A stretch of DNA of 64,000 nucleotides from Squalus acanthias (lineage: Eukaryota), in contig CM059433.1 in the NCBI GenBank assembly GCA_030390025.1, forward strand, positions 11,906,001 through 11,970,000. Reading direction: 5' to 3'. A program made the translations under genes and the position numbers. Below, piece by piece: positions 28,401-41,815 of this stretch; the first letter of the stretch is position 1; each line of letters starts with the position of its first letter. The notes under the pieces were generated by a model. The model was not told the origin of the DNA. It made no database searches and was given only the letters and a program-made list of their open reading frames with translations.

Positions 28401-28909
28401 AAGGAAGGCAAGCGAGCTATTGAGCAAGTCAACAGAGCCAGCAATGTCAATACAGGTGGAGGACCAGAGGAGAGGAAGTTAGAAATCAGAGTGGGTGCTG
28501 GTGAGGTAGATGTGGGGTCATTTTTTTTCTAATGGTGGAAGGTGAGGATCGCGAAATTGTCAGCTGAACGCTCTGAACATAAATAATGATGGACAACCTC
28601 CTTTTGTTGTATTGTACTGGAGAATTCAGGATAGGATTAATTCTAAAGGACAAGAATGTGGTCCAATCCCTTCAATCAGTTTCTATCCTGAACAATTAAC
28701 TTCAACTATAGTTTGGGACATCACCTTGTTTGAAGCTTTCAGATGATTACTACATGCTTTTTTTATATACTGCACAGGCTTCTGCAGAGGCCTAATGTAT
28801 TTGTCATGGCTGTTGTCCTTGGTCTATGAGCTTTAATAAGAGTTCCTTTGCCATCTGTTTGATATATGTCAAATTAAACAGAGCCGTTTTACAGCATTCC
28901 ATCCACTCA

Positions 28910-29056
<147 letters not shown>

Positions 29057-29369
29057 CTATAAAATAGTTGGTTTTAAAATTTGAGATAGGGATTGGGTGG
29101 GTCCACTATAGATTTTCTCTCATTTCTGATTTCAAACCTAGCCAGACGGATGGGATGAAAGTCTCACCTATAAGAATCCTACATAAAATGAGTTTGGTTA
29201 GACTCAATGGGGGTGAACATTCTCCCGATTGTTTGCCGTGACTTCGGCAGAAGAGCTGTGGAAACCCCTGAAAAACGCCGTCAACGGTGGGCAAGGGGGG
29301 GGAACCCCGCAGAAATTTACTCCAATCTTCATAGTGAGCATGGGCATCCAGCACAGTACTATCCCTATC

Positions 29370-29492
29370 GCAAAATACTGCGGATGCTGGAAATCTGAAG
29401 TAACAACAGAAAATGCTGGAAACACTCAGCAGGTCAGGGAGCATCGAGGAGGGAGAAACAGAGTCAACGTTTCGAGTCGGGGACCCTTCTGA
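29370..29492 (-). mobile_element. Penelope-like terminal-repeat fragment
   Basis: Nearly the same as 60474-60590; truncated inside the hammerhead core. Confidence 0.75.
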
Positions 29493-30344
29493 CGTCAGAG
29501 GTGCTGTCTTTCGGATGAGAGGTTAAACCAATGCCCCATCTGCTCTCTCAGAAGGATGTAAAAGATCCCATGGCATTATTCGAAGAAGAGCAGGGGAGTT
29601 ATCTCCAGTGTCCTGGCCAATATTACCCCTCAATCCACATCATTAAAACAGATTATCTGGTCATTATCACAGTGCTGTTGTGGGAGCTTGCTGTGCGCAA
29701 ATTGGATGCAGCATTTCCCACATTACTACAGTGACTACACTTCAAAAAGTGCTTCATTGGCTGTAAAGCGCTTTGGGACATCCTGAGGCCATGAAAGACG
29801 CTCTCGAAATGGAAGTCTTTCTTTTTCTTTTCACACTGCTTGTTACTATAAAACGTGGGGTGCTTAATTGTGTATGAAAAATCGAAATTCCTCAACTGGT
29901 AACTCTCAGTTAAGGTCACAGCCAAACAGATTGTGGATGCCGATTACCCCACTGTTGCCGGGTAAACACCTGCAGTGGTTGATATAAAATGTATTCTAAT
30001 TAAAGAAATAGTACTATTCAATTATTTTTTTCCTTCATATTAATTTTGCTTCACTCCAGTAATGGGTCACTTTGACAAAAACAAATTGGCCCTCTAAACA
30101 CCCACACATATGTGCAACACAAATCAAACATCCCACTACTGCTAGGAAAGCAGAGTTGGAGGGAGGTGTGCAGAGTGGAGACATGGCGGGTTGGGGGCTG
30201 ATTACTGTATAAATTACGATAATTTGTTGAGCCACTGAGTGCCAATAACGAACATTTGATAGGGCATATTTCAATATTTAATTTCTATTGAGGTGCAAGT
30301 TGGCTGTATGTTACTGTGACTAAAATGTATGTATTTGTGTGCAC

Positions 30345-30865
30345 TCCTGGAGTCCCACATTCTACCCTACGTAAACCTGAGGTCATCCAAAACTCGGCTG
30401 CCCATGTCCTAACTCGCACCAAGGCCCGTTCGCCCATCACCCCTGTGCTCGCTGACCTACATTGGCTCCCGGTTAAGCAGCGCCTCGATTTCAAAATTCT
30501 CATCCTTGTTTTCAAATCCCTCCATGGCCCCGCCCCTCCCTATCTCTGTAATCTCCACCAGCCCCACAACCCCCCCGAGATATCTGTGCTCCTCTAATTC
30601 TGCCCTCCTGAGCATCCCTGATTATAATCGCTCAACCATTGGTGGCCGTGCCTTCTGTTGCCTGGGCCCCAAGCTCTGGAATTCCCTGCCTAAACCTCTC
30701 CACCTCGCTACCTCTCTTTCCTCCTTAAAACCTACCTCTTTGACCAAGCTTTTGGTCACCTGCCCTAATTTCTCTTTAGGTGGCTCAGTGTCAAATTTTT
30801 TGTCTAATAACCCTCCTGTGAAGCGCCTTACAGGCGCTATATAAATACAAGTTGTTGTTGTTGTT
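30345..30865 (+). mobile_element. L2-clade LINE 3' fragment
   Basis: Same family as 2208-2940; (ttg)n tail. Confidence 0.9.
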
Positions 30866-31225
30866 TAGATTATTGATTTGAAATCCTTGTTACTAGTTGC
30901 AGTATGTAAGGGGTTAATAACCTCGGAAAAAACAGGAAATAGTCAGCGAGTTTGACACACATTCAGTGTGGAATCCAGACAGTTATCAATGGGGACATTG
31001 CATATGTATCAAAGATTTTGTGACTAGTTGCCGGCAAACAAAAGGTGATTCTAAATGCTAATGTAAATTGAATGCATAGACATTGGGGCGACCTTCATCT
31101 GCCTAGCACCATATTCACGCTTAAAAGTGATGGGGTAGGCAGATGAAAACTTTAAAAGAAACCTACTGGCCGCCCGAGACCTACCAGACTCAATTTTTGA
31201 ATGGGCATCAAACTGGGTGGCTAGT

Positions 31226-31735
31226 ACTCGTGTCAGCTGTGGCTCAGTGGGCAGCACACTTACCTCTGAGTCCGAAGGTTGTGGGTTCAAATCCCACTCC
31301 GGGGACCTGAGCACATAAAGCTAGGCTGACACTCTGAGGGAGTGCTGCATTGTCTGAGGTGCCGTCTTTCGGATGACTGACACTCTGAGGGAGTGCTGCA
31401 TTGTCTGAGGTGCTGTCTTTTGGATGAGATGTTAAACCGAGGCCCTGTCTGCCCTCTCAGGTGAACGTAAAAGATCCCGTGGCACTATTTCAAAGAAGAG
31501 CAGGGGAGTTATCCCCAGTGTCCTGGCCAATATTTCTCCCTCAAAAAACAGATTATCTAGTCATTATCACATTGCTGTTTGTGGGACCTTGCTGTGTGAA
31601 AATTGGCTGCCGCGTTTCCCACATTACAACAGTGACTCCACTCCAAAAAGTACTTCATTGGCTGTAAAGCGCTTTGAGACGTCCGGTGGTTGTGAAAGGC
31701 GCTATAGAAATGCAAGTCTTTCTTTCTTTTTTCTT
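31226..31735 (+). mobile_element. tRNA-derived Deu-domain SINE (SacSINE1-like) with internal ~52-bp tandem duplication
   Basis: A box tggctcagtgg, B box ggttcaaatcc, Deu core gttaaaccgagg..aagatcccgtggcactattt, L2-like tail. Confidence 0.85.
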
Positions 31736-32537
31736 TTTACTCGCCCGCAGAACAGCTGGAAGCCTGATTCAAATATTTCGATTCAGGTCGTACGCCTCCA
31801 TTTCCCACATTACAACAGTGACTACACTCCAAAAGTACTTCATTGGCTGTAAAGTACGGTGGTCGTGAAAGGCGCTATAGAAATGCAAGTCTTTCTTTCT
31901 CCGGCACAATTTTCAGGTACCAATGGAGGAGCACGCTCACACACACACACCGCCCATTCACACTGGTTGCAGAACTGTCCAATCGGAGGTCTTTAAAGAG
32001 ACGACTGGAAGCGGCTCCCGAACGCCCAGTAACATGAATGCTCCTCATGGCCACACAAAAATCTTCCCACTCGCTGCTGGCCGCTCAGTGGCCCCACCAC
32101 TCCCAGGATTGCCAAACCCTGCCTTCAACACTTACTTTCAGCTCAGCTTTGTGAAGGAGCTGGTGGATTTCCCACCTTCACCCGCCCCCACCAATCGGCG
32201 TGCTGCTCGTCAACCATTAATTGTTTAAATAGCCAAACTTTACTTTTCAAAGCTTTTGAATCATAGGGGGCTTCTGGCTGGTTCCTCAAGCACCGTCAGT
32301 GTCTGAATACTGTGAAAGGGCAACCAAATCCAGCCCATTAAAGATGCTAGTTTGTTAACGTAATTTGTTCTTGACATGTCTGCACAGGATTCTGAAACAA
32401 GCCAGAGAGATTCTCTGAAACAAATCAAAGCTTCAGGTATTCGAAGGGGGGGCCGTGGGGAGGGGGGGCCTTTGCTGACAGTTGTGTCTGAGGCCTGTGA
32501 GAAGGGGCAGGATCAATCAATGGCTGTAATCCTTTTG

Positions 32538-32658
32538 CGGAGATGCCGGTGTTGGACTGGGGTGGACAAAATTGAGAGGTCGCACAACACCAGGTTATAG
32601 TCCAACAGTTTTATTTGAAATCACAAGCTTTCGGAGCTATCGATTTGCTCCTTCCTCA
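32538..32658 (-). mobile_element. Second copy of the short hammerhead-bearing insert
   Basis: 12-bp TSD gtaatccttttg (32526-32537, 32659-32670); reverse complement matches 3661-3787. Confidence 0.85.
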
Positions 32659-32659
32659 G
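32621..32659 (-). ncRNA. Hammerhead core, 5' strand of stem I lost
   Basis: Minus strand: CTGAGGA a ggagc...gctcc GAAA GCTT gtga; the sequence 5' of the core is target DNA. Confidence 0.55.
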
Positions 32660-33483
32660 TAATCCTTTTGACAGAAAACACTGTGGTCAGGGATTTTCAA
32701 TGAGGCTTTATACTAGGATACCTGCATGTGGCTCATCTGTCAGGGTGAGAGATGTAGCCAGCAGAGAAACTGACTCCATTGCAGTGGTTTGCCCTGTAAG
32801 AAGTAAACATCCATTTTCAGGTCCAATGTATGTTGAGAGATAGCTTAGGGAGAAGTGTCTTTAGTGATTTGATATGTATTCTGAAGGATAGTGAGATTTG
32901 TAACTTACTGTAAATGCAAAGTTTTGCATCGAATACTGTTCATTTGCTTGGTCTTTGTGAAATAAGCTCGTTGGTTTGCAGACTGAGTCTGACTACCAAA
33001 GAGAGAGGAATCATGTGGCAGCAATTGGTACATTCTAGCGAGCTGGTGTGCAGTGTTTGATGCCTGGGTCTCTCTACCATTTACCTAGATATTGAAGGCA
33101 CACTCTGGATCATAGGGGAAGCTAGGTCGCAGACTGAAGCGGTTGGTGACACTGAGTTAGAGTAGAATATCTAGCATAAACCCCCAAAAACATGACAATA
33201 CAGGAGGTACCACAAGCCCTTTCATACTCATAACTTCACTCACAGCCAACAGAAGCCTCACATGATGTGTATTTGTTTGTTTCATGCATCTGTGATCACC
33301 CCATTAAGGTTTGCTTATTGATGCCTAGATTGCATTACATACGATGGCAAGCGGAGGGCTGCCTACTTTAAGAAAGTGTCTCATAAACAATGGCAGAAAT
33401 CAGCCACAGGAAGTGGATCCTCCACCCTTGGCCTCACCTCCTATGAGGAGGAAACCCTGGAACAGTTTCACCCCCATAATTTA

Positions 33484-33794
33484 GGGGCAACACGGTGGCA
33501 TAGTGGTTATCACTGTTACCTCACAGCGCCAGGGACCCGGGTTCGTAATCCGGCCTCGGGTGACTGTCTGTGTGGAGTTTGCACATTCTCCCCGTGTCTG
33601 CGTGGGTTTCCTCCGGGTGCTCCGGTTTCCTCCCACAGTCCAAAGATGTGCGGGTTAGGTTGATTTGGCTATGATAAATTGACCCTTAGTGTTAGGGGGA
33701 TTGGTTACGGGGATAGGGTGGGATATGTGTCGGTGCAGGCTCGATGGGCCAAAACGGCCTCTATCTGCACTGTGGGGATTCTGTGATTCTGTGA
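33484..33794 (+). mobile_element. HE1-type V-SINE
   Basis: tRNA-like head; V domain tgtggagtttgcacattctccccgtgtctgcgtgggtttcctccgggtgctccggtttcc; (attctgtg)n tail. Confidence 0.88.
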
Positions 33795-33810
33795 TAATCA
33801 GTCATTTCAT

Positions 33811-34540
33811 TGGACCTGAAATTGCAGACTGAGGCTTCCCGGGGGCTAATGCCTCCGATCCGCAAGGAAAGTACGCACGTACTTGGTGCCTCCGTACCTT
33901 CGGACTCTTGAAGGCCTGGGCCTGCAGATGTAGGCCTGCGCATACAGTTCGCAAGCGTCCCTGGGCTCACGTGGGCCGGCCCAACCAATCAAAAAGGGAG
34001 ATTCCCATTATGCTTATGGGGATTCCATTTATGTACGGAATCCCCATAAGCATAGTAGGAATGACATAAAAAATACATTTTCACACAACCGAAATAAAAA
34101 TAAATCACATGTTTAAAATTAATAAAAAATACAATTTAATTAAACATTTAAAACAAAAATTTAATTTTTTGAAAAATAAATTTAAACATTTTTTAAAGGG
34201 GCCAAAAATAACCCAAACTAATTTTAAAGGTTTTTGAATGTTTAAACGATTTAAAAATTGTTATTTTAATATTTATTTAAACTCTTATGCTGGTAAAAGA
34301 AGGCCCTACGCCTGCTTTTACCAGGCGGAAGAGTTTCACGGGCAGTCGCTGGGCAGTAGTTGGGCAAATACTCTCCGCCCGCGAATGTCCATTTCCTGCA
34401 CATGCGGATGATCTGTTGAGCTGAAACTTGACAAATCGCAAGTTCCGGGTTTTCACGCACGCGCAGCGCATGCGAAAAGCCGGAACTTGTGGGGCACTTA
34501 CGACCGAGTACGCGGCCATAGGCCCCGTAAAATCCGGGCC
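33811..34540. mobile_element. MITE-like element with AT-rich core
   Basis: Ends ggacctgaaatt / aaatccgggcc; shares gcgcatgcg..ccggaactt with 40226-40991. Confidence 0.65.
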
Positions 34541-34724
34541 AATATGTTATGAAATCCTCATTCTCAGTACTGAAAATGTAAAGTGAAATTGGGCACGTGT
34601 TGTTCATCTATGCTTATCTCTCTTTTTTTGTGCCCCTAGCTATGCCACAGCAAGATGCATGGTCACCTGGCCTCTCAGCTTTAGGGCCCTGCCAGCACCT
34701 CCTCACTCACACCATATATTAACA

Positions 34725-35378
34725 TCTTTTTACAATTTAGTATACTGTATTTGCTGCTCACGATGCGGTCTCCTCTACATTGGGGAGATCATACGCAGAG
34801 TGGGTGACCGCTTTGCGGAACACCTCCGTTCAGTCCGTAAGGGTGACCCCGAGTTTCCGGTCGCCTGTCACTTTAATTCTCCGCTCCACTCCCACTCTGA
34901 CCTCTCGGTCCTCGGCCTCTTACACTGTTCCAATGAAGCTCAGCGTAAGCTCGAGGAACAGCACCTCATCTTTCGATTAGGCACTTTACAGCCTTCTGGA
35001 CTCAACATTGAGTTCAACAATTTCAGATCTTAACCTCGGCCCCTATCTTGTGTTTCTCTCTCCCACATGGCAGCTGTCGATCATTCTGCCAGTGTCATTT
35101 ACACTTAATCTAGAGTCATCTTTTGTTTCTTAACTTGTCCCATTACCATCTCCTTTTGCCTCGCACCATCATCCCTTTTGTCTCTTAATCTCTCCTGCCT
35201 TCCAGCCTTTCCTCCCCTCCCCCCTTTCCCTGCCCCTACACTTGCTTAAAAATCTGTTCCATCTCCAACTTTTTCCGGTTCTGACGAAGGGTCATCGACC
35301 TGAAACGTTAACTCTGTTTCTCTCTCCACAGATGCTGCCTGACCTGCTGAGTATTTCCAGCATTTTCTGTTTTTATTT
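34725..35378 (+). mobile_element. Penelope-like retroelement 3' fragment (GIY-YIG endonuclease + terminal repeat)
   Basis: NLVYCICCSRCGLLYIGE..R...RFAEH...VACHFN...GLN is the PLE GIY-YIG signature. Confidence 0.9.
35277..35313 (+). ncRNA. Minimal type I hammerhead ribozyme motif (Penelope terminal repeat)
   Basis: ggtt CTGACGA a gggtc-atc-gacct GAAA CGTT aact, ~250 bp after the GIY-YIG ORF. Confidence 0.7.
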
Positions 35379-36640
35379 TATATTATATATTAACCTCTCC
35401 CTTCCAAGCATCCAGGGGGCAGTTAGTGAGCCAGTGGGGAGTGCACAAGGTGATGCGTAGAGCACAAGTGGCCAAGTGGTGTGGGGGGTGGAGCAGGAGG
35501 AGGCAGATGTTGTTGGCTGAAGCTGTGGCTGCAGCTATAGAAGCCTTGGGTGCAAGAGTAGAGAAGGCTACCTCTCTGGGCCTGGAGTACAGACAAGGAT
35601 CTGTCACGGCATCACTGATCTTACTGATGCAATTCGGTCTGCTTTCTCACAGATTACTAGCTATGCAGAGCCCGAGCCTAATACCAGTGGCATGACATGT
35701 ATTCACTCCCAACACAGTAAATTGATCATTCCCATCCTCATCTTCACATTCCTCCAGCCTTACAGCCCTTCCCACATCCTTCATGGCAGCAGAAATCTGG
35801 AACTCTCTCCCCCCAAAAAGTTGTTGCAGCTAGGTCAATTAGAAATGACAAAACTGAGATGGATAGACTTTTGTTCGGCAAGGGTACTAAGGGATATGGA
35901 ACTAAGCCGGATAAATGGAGATAAGATACAAATCATCCCTGATCTAAATGAATGGCGGAACTGGTTCGAGGGGCTGAATGGCCTACTCCTGTTCCTCTGT
36001 TCATGCCTTCAAATCTGGCCTTCTACGCGTCAGCCCTTCCCATCCCCTTGGAATTGGTAACAGAGCCTTCAGCCATCTCGACCCTACTCTCTGAAACCCC
36101 TGCCTAAACCCCCCATAAAATCTTCTAACTCTCCCACCATCACCACTGTTCTTTTTCCCCTCTGTAAAGTGCCACGGGTCATTTTCTACATTAAAGGTGC
36201 TGTATAAATGCAAGTTGTTATTCAGCAGCGAGAACCAGAGTTTCTGTATTTACGTTACTTGATGATGTCAAGTGGTGGGTGAATTCTGCATGTTGAAAAA
36301 AGGAAAATAAAAGCCTTGTTTCTGACACACCGGGTCTCACCTGGGTAGAAAAAGGTGGACATTTTTTTCAATCACTCCAAAATTCTCTCAAGGCACATGA
36401 CTCGAGACCCCAATTTATGACATTTTAAAGGATTTTAAGTCCTACCGATGTTGTTCACAAACACTAGGGTTTAATTTCAAACTGCAGATTTTGCCTAGAG
36501 TAATCTGCAGCAAAGCACAGGTGCAATAAAAGCACCATCATTTAAGAGCACAGTTCACGAAGAATAGATGGATCACTTCAATGTACTGCCCAATTTAGCA
36601 CTTGCAAAAGAAACTGAAATATTTAATGCCTTGCACTCAC

Positions 36641-36691
36641 CTTCAAAAGATTCTCTGCAGTTGCAAACCAATCATCTGTTGCAAACAGGAC
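36641..36691 (-). CDS. ALLC: Allantoicase coding exon 2 (VLFATDDWFATAENLLK)
   Basis: tttcag/gtgagt sites, 51 nt; matches the ILFATDDFFAPAENLIK motif of ALLC. Confidence 0.95.
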
Positions 36692-37760
36692 CTGAAACAG
36701 AAGAAGGTTGGATAGCATATTGGTCTTTTCCAATGGTCCCCCATGGAGCAAGTTTCTTATTTGTATCAATGAGGGGAAACACTCGGAACTTAGACAAGAC
36801 ATAGATGAGTGTGTCATTGTCTATATTATATGTTTTATTACTGTGCATGACATTGTTGCAGCAGGCAGTCAGATAATATTACTTTGACGCCTCAGATCAC
36901 TGTAAATTGTTCCCATTGTTTTCTGACAATATGAGAAAGATAAAGTCAGGAATAAGTGAACAAACAGAAAAACATGTTTCCTCATAAAAATGAACGCTAA
37001 ATCTGCATGTTCTGTCAATTTTTGGTCACTTATTTTTCTTTGATTCCCCTTTCCTGTTTTCGTCCACATTTCTTTCTCCATTTAGGTCGCCAGGTGTCTC
37101 ACCTCTATCCTTAGCCACAATAGTGGGCAGGGGAGCTTTTTCCAAACCACTGCTAATTGGAGGCTGCAAGGACCGCTGAAGAATCCTGTGTGAGGCAGGC
37201 TCGATGCCTGCTCGGCTCATTGCTGACACATTTTGAAAAGGGAGCCTTCAACAGGCATGAGGTGCTTCGTTAACATAGTCCCTCCCTATCTCTAACCTCC
37301 TCCAGCCCTACAACCCTTTGAGAACTCTGCATTCTCCAATTCTGGCCTCTTGTGCTTCCCTGATTTCCTTTGCCTCTCCATTGGCTGTCTAGACCTTAAG
37401 CTCTGAAATTCACTCCCTAATCCTCGCCACCTCTTTTCTCCTCCTTTAAGACACTCCTTGAATCCTACTTCCAGCTGTCCTAATCTCTTCCTCTGTGACT
37501 CGACGTCAAATTTTGTCTGATAATGCTCCTTCGATGTGCCTTGGAATGTTTTACTACATTAAAGGCACTATATAAACGCAAGTTGTTGTTGACCTGTAGA
37601 AATGGATGGTTGGTGGCATCTTGGCAGGTGCAGCCATTCAGGCAATACTGCCCTTTTAACCACCCTGGCAGTACTTCTTTCATGCAGCACGACATACAAC
37701 ATGAAATTCTGTGATTGGGGTGCTTCTGAAGAACAATCCAGCATAGTGGTTAGTCAGGTA

Positions 37761-38160
37761 CAGGAAACTTTTGTTTATCCGGCACCCAAATATCCGGAAT
37801 TCTCGCTTAACCGACAAAAATCATCCTCCGAAAACTCCTCTCAAATAACCGGCAATGTTGCCGAGTCGCAGTCGAGTCTCCGCGAACGCCGAGTACTCCG
37901 AAAACTCCTCTCAAATAACCGGCAATGTTGCCGATCCCGAGTCCGAGTCTGCGAACGCCGATTTAGTCAGTAGGGGTAGTTTTCAAAAGTGCCACTACTC
38001 GGCCTCCTGGCGCTGTCGGAAGTATACTGCACATTTCTTGATTTATTTATTTTTCTTTGTTAAAAATAGCCTCAGTATATATAACTCTCCGTTATCCGGT
38101 ACTTTCGATAAACTGGCACCACGCCGGTCCCGTCGGTGCCGGTTAATAAAGAGTTTCCTG
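37761..38160. mobile_element. Tc1/mariner-pogo (Tigger-like) MITE, 400 bp
   Basis: ~26-bp TIR caggaaacttttgtttatccggcacc / ggtgccggttaataaagagtttcctg, TA TSD, internal ~39-bp direct repeat. Confidence 0.85.
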
Positions 38161-39322
38161 TATTTACATATAATAGCGGCACCATTAGGGGTTTGCTGTC
38201 GAAGCTTCCTTTGGTCATAAGTGTTCCACAAAGCCTTCATTTCCATTCTGTCCTCTGTCTCCTGCAATGATGCAGGGCAGCACATGTTGCAGCTGTAAAG
38301 CTCACCAGCTTGTTCCCGAGATACGATAATATGTATTTTCCAATTGGGCGTTACTTGGGCAGGGGCTAATAATGCACTGCCCAAGTGTTAGTGCACTAAC
38401 CCAACCCAATTTTACATGGTCAGCTTTGTTTACATAATGTGAGCAAGCTCCCAGTCCATACTGGGCACACACTCAACCACCCCACTGTTTGACGGCTGGT
38501 GCAATGAAGGTGGTGCTGCATGAGGTGACAGAGAGGAGGTGACCCTTTTTGCTACTCCAAGGCGCCCTCCCTGCAGCACAGCATACATGGAAGGAGGTGG
38601 AGGCAGAGAAGTTGACAACACGGCTGACTACAGAACAACCCATTGTGCTAATATTGCAGACGTATCAAAAAAAAATGGGAGTTGCAAAATACCTGGCCTC
38701 CTGAGCAACTAAGTGCTAACAAGAAAGAAAAGGAAATAAAGCAAAAAAGGTGGAAAAATAGCCACAAAATACAGCACTTTTAAATGCACCAAAATAGGCC
38801 TCTCTAAATGCACATCTGCATTTACAGCACAGCCCCCAGCAACCATGTGCGCACATTTTATACGAGCAAGTTTACGACTCAAGTGCTATTCGGGCACAAA
38901 CTCTCGGAAATTGTGTGAACATTTAAGCGACATCTTGGGGCTTCACTTTATTGTTGCAACTAAAAAAAAAGGTGGGCTCTTCTGGCGCTACATGAAACCC
39001 TGACGAGAAAATTACGTGGGGCATTGATCCGGTATAAGTGATTCGTTGCACCCAACCGAAACCACCGGCCATCAGCATTACTAGTCATTGGTAGGTCTTT
39101 GATGATTAAGCAGTGGGCGTTAAAATTAAGACAGAACATTAATGTTCTTTTTTTCAAAGGCAGAAAATTCAGAAATAGCATTAAAACCACCAACTGACAC
39201 AGCCAGCAATTTTTTCCCCATTTCTCTGCCCGTTTTAGTGCCAGCCTACAATGGGTACTGTTATGGAAAATATGCCTCCCTTTTCCATTCCCATAATGGA
39301 TATAGAATCTTTATACGGGAAC

Positions 39323-40012
39323 GGTAGCATAGTGGTTATGTTACTGAACTAGTAATCCAGAGGCCTGAACTAATGATCTGGGAGACATAAGTTCAAATCC
39401 CACCACGGCAGATGGGGAATTTAAATTCACTTAATGGATGAAATCTAGAATAAAAAGCTATCAGATTGTCATAAAAATCCATCTGGTTCACTAATGTCCT
39501 TTAGGGAAGGAAATCTGCCGTCCTTACCCGGTCTGGCCTGTATGTGACTCCTAACTACCCTCTGAAATGGCCAAGCAAGCCACTCAGTTGCCAAGAATTT
39601 GAATATGTAACAGAGCATTCACAGAATCACAGAATCCCCACAGTGCAGATAGAGGCCATTTCAGCCCATCGAGCCTGCACCGACACATATCCCACCCTAT
39701 CCCCGTAACCCCATGTATTTAATCCCCCCTAACACTAAGGGTCAATTTATCATAGCCAAATCAACCTAACCTGCACATCTTTGGACTGTGGGAGGAAACC
39801 GGAGCACCCGGAGGAAACCCACGCAGACACGGGGAGAATATGCAAACTCCACACAGACAGTCACCCGAGGCCGGATTCGAACCCGGGTCCCTGGCGCTGT
39901 GAGGCAATAGTGCTAACCACTATGCCACCGTGCTGCCCTCACCACCACCTTCTCAAGGGCAATTAGGGATGGACAATAAATGTTGGCCTTGCCCACATCC
40001 CATAAATGAATT
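39323..40012 (+). mobile_element. tRNA-derived SINE of a third family, split by the HE1 insertion
   Basis: ggtagcatagtgg A box, agttcaaatcc B box; tail 39938-40012 matches 10800-10890 in reverse. Confidence 0.7.
39617..39936 (-). mobile_element. HE1-type V-SINE nested in another SINE
   Basis: Reverse complement of 33484-33794. Confidence 0.88.
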
Positions 40013-40225
40013 TTTTTAAAGCACAAATTCCATAGCAGCCAGCTTACAGCCATGCTACGCCGGTGGTGGAGGGAATGGACGTTTAAGCTAATTGAATGAG
40101 GTAATGCTATGGAACGTGAATTCTCACGCAGCAGGATTGGCAAAAAGATATAAAAGAGTGGGTGTCAGGAGAGATACCGGAGAATTCGATGAGGCCTGCT
40201 CAGTACTCGAGCTCGAAACTGTATC

Positions 40226-40991
40226 GGGCCAAAAATTCGGCCCTTCCCGGGTGAGTACGCACTGTGTACTCACCCGTAAGGCGTCCTGAAGTGCCAGTTT
40301 CCTGCATGCACTGCGCATGCGCGGGAAACCGGAACTTCCGGTCTGGTGAAGGGGGCGGTTCATAGGTGAACCGCGTGCGCGATAGAGGCTGCGCACACGC
40401 AGCAAACTTAGGTTTTTTTTCAGGTTTCTCCGGGAGGGTAAGTATTGAAGAACCTGCGCTTTTAAAAAGGAGGCGCAGGACCCGTTTTCAACAAGGTAAG
40501 TGGTTAATTAAGTATAATTTAAAAAAAATTTCAACAGGTTTATCTTTTTTAGATACTTTAAAGAAAGGTAAGTTTATTTTTAGCACTGTTAAGAAGTATT
40601 TTAATTTTTTCAAAAATTTAAATTTTTGTTTAAAGTAGTTAATTTATTTAACTTATAGTTATTTTATAAATGTGATGGTTTTTTAAAAAATTTATTTTAC
40701 GTTTAGCTGTTCTTTTGGGGCCGATTTCAATTCATAGATTTGACAGGTCTTCCTGTCAAATCTATGAATGAAAGATGGTCTGCTGCCATTGGCTCTCCAT
40801 GGCCCACGTGATCCCAGGGGACACATCGCACTAACTGCGCCCCTGGGACACGCAAGCACTGCGCGCCGGCACTTGGAGCAGGCCCAGGAGCTGAAGTTCC
40901 CGTGGGCCCAGAGGTCAACGGCAGGCGCGGTAGGTAAGTGCGCGCGCGATCCTTACCCCCGCGGCAAGCCGGAGAGGCGAATTTTAGGGCC
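40226..40991. mobile_element. Harbinger-type MITE with AT-rich core
   Basis: TIR gggccaaaaattcg / cgaattttagggcc, TSD atc. Confidence 0.75.
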
Positions 40992-41169
40992 ATCATGTTT
41001 TTATTCCCCAGTGAACTCACAAGCTATTACCATAAGTATCTGTTTAATTATTGTCAGTAATAGTTATTACTGTATACTTAATTCCTATGAATATTAACAA
41101 TAAATGTTTTGAATCCTATTACTTATAAACTTAAGTAAGAACACCCATCCTCTAACACCAGGTATGACT

Positions 41170-41815
41170 GCAGGCACTGGAGAGTTCTACCCCTGATCCC
41201 CACTGACTTCAATTTTGCTAGGGCTCCTTGGTGCCACACTCAGTCAAATGCTGCCTTGAAGTCAAGGGCAGTCACTCTCACCTCACCTCTAGAATTAGGC
41301 TCTTTTATCCATGTTTGAACCAAGGTTGCAATGAGGTCTGGAGCCAAGTGGTCCTAGTGGAGCCCAAACTGAACATCAGTGAGCAGGTTATTGGTGGGCA
41401 AGTGCCCCTTGATAGCGCTGTTGATGACTCCTTCCATCGCTTTGCTGATGATTGAGAGTAGGCCGATGGGGCGTTAATTCGCTGAGTTGGATTTGTCCTG
41501 CTTTTTGGGGACGGGACATACCTAGGCAACTTTCCATATTGTCGGGTAGCTGCCAGTGTTCTACTGGAACAGCTTAGCAGGGGTCGCAGCTAGTTCTGGA
41601 GCACAGGTCTTCATCACTACAGCCAGGGTATTTCGGGGCCCATAGCCTTTGCTGTGTCCATTGCGCTCAGCCATTTCTTGATGTCACAGAGTGAATTGAT
41701 TAGCTGAAGACTGTGATGGCGGGGGGGGCGGGGGGGGACCTCAGGAGCAGGCCGAGAAGGATAATTCACTCGGCACTTCTGGCTGTAAATGCTTCAGTCT
41801 TGTATTTGGCACTCA
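41170..41815 (-). mobile_element. Non-LTR RT fragment, same family as 15090-15411
   Basis: Reverse-complement similarity, including the ALDFKAAFD region. Confidence 0.8.

Noticed and set aside
27690..28450. Domesticated HARBI1 gene
   Set aside because: Frameshifts and deletions, embedded in transposon context, with related decayed copies nearby
33484..33560. tRNA gene (also at 31230 and 39323)
   Set aside because: A/B boxes run straight into SINE body and tail sequence; these are SINE heads
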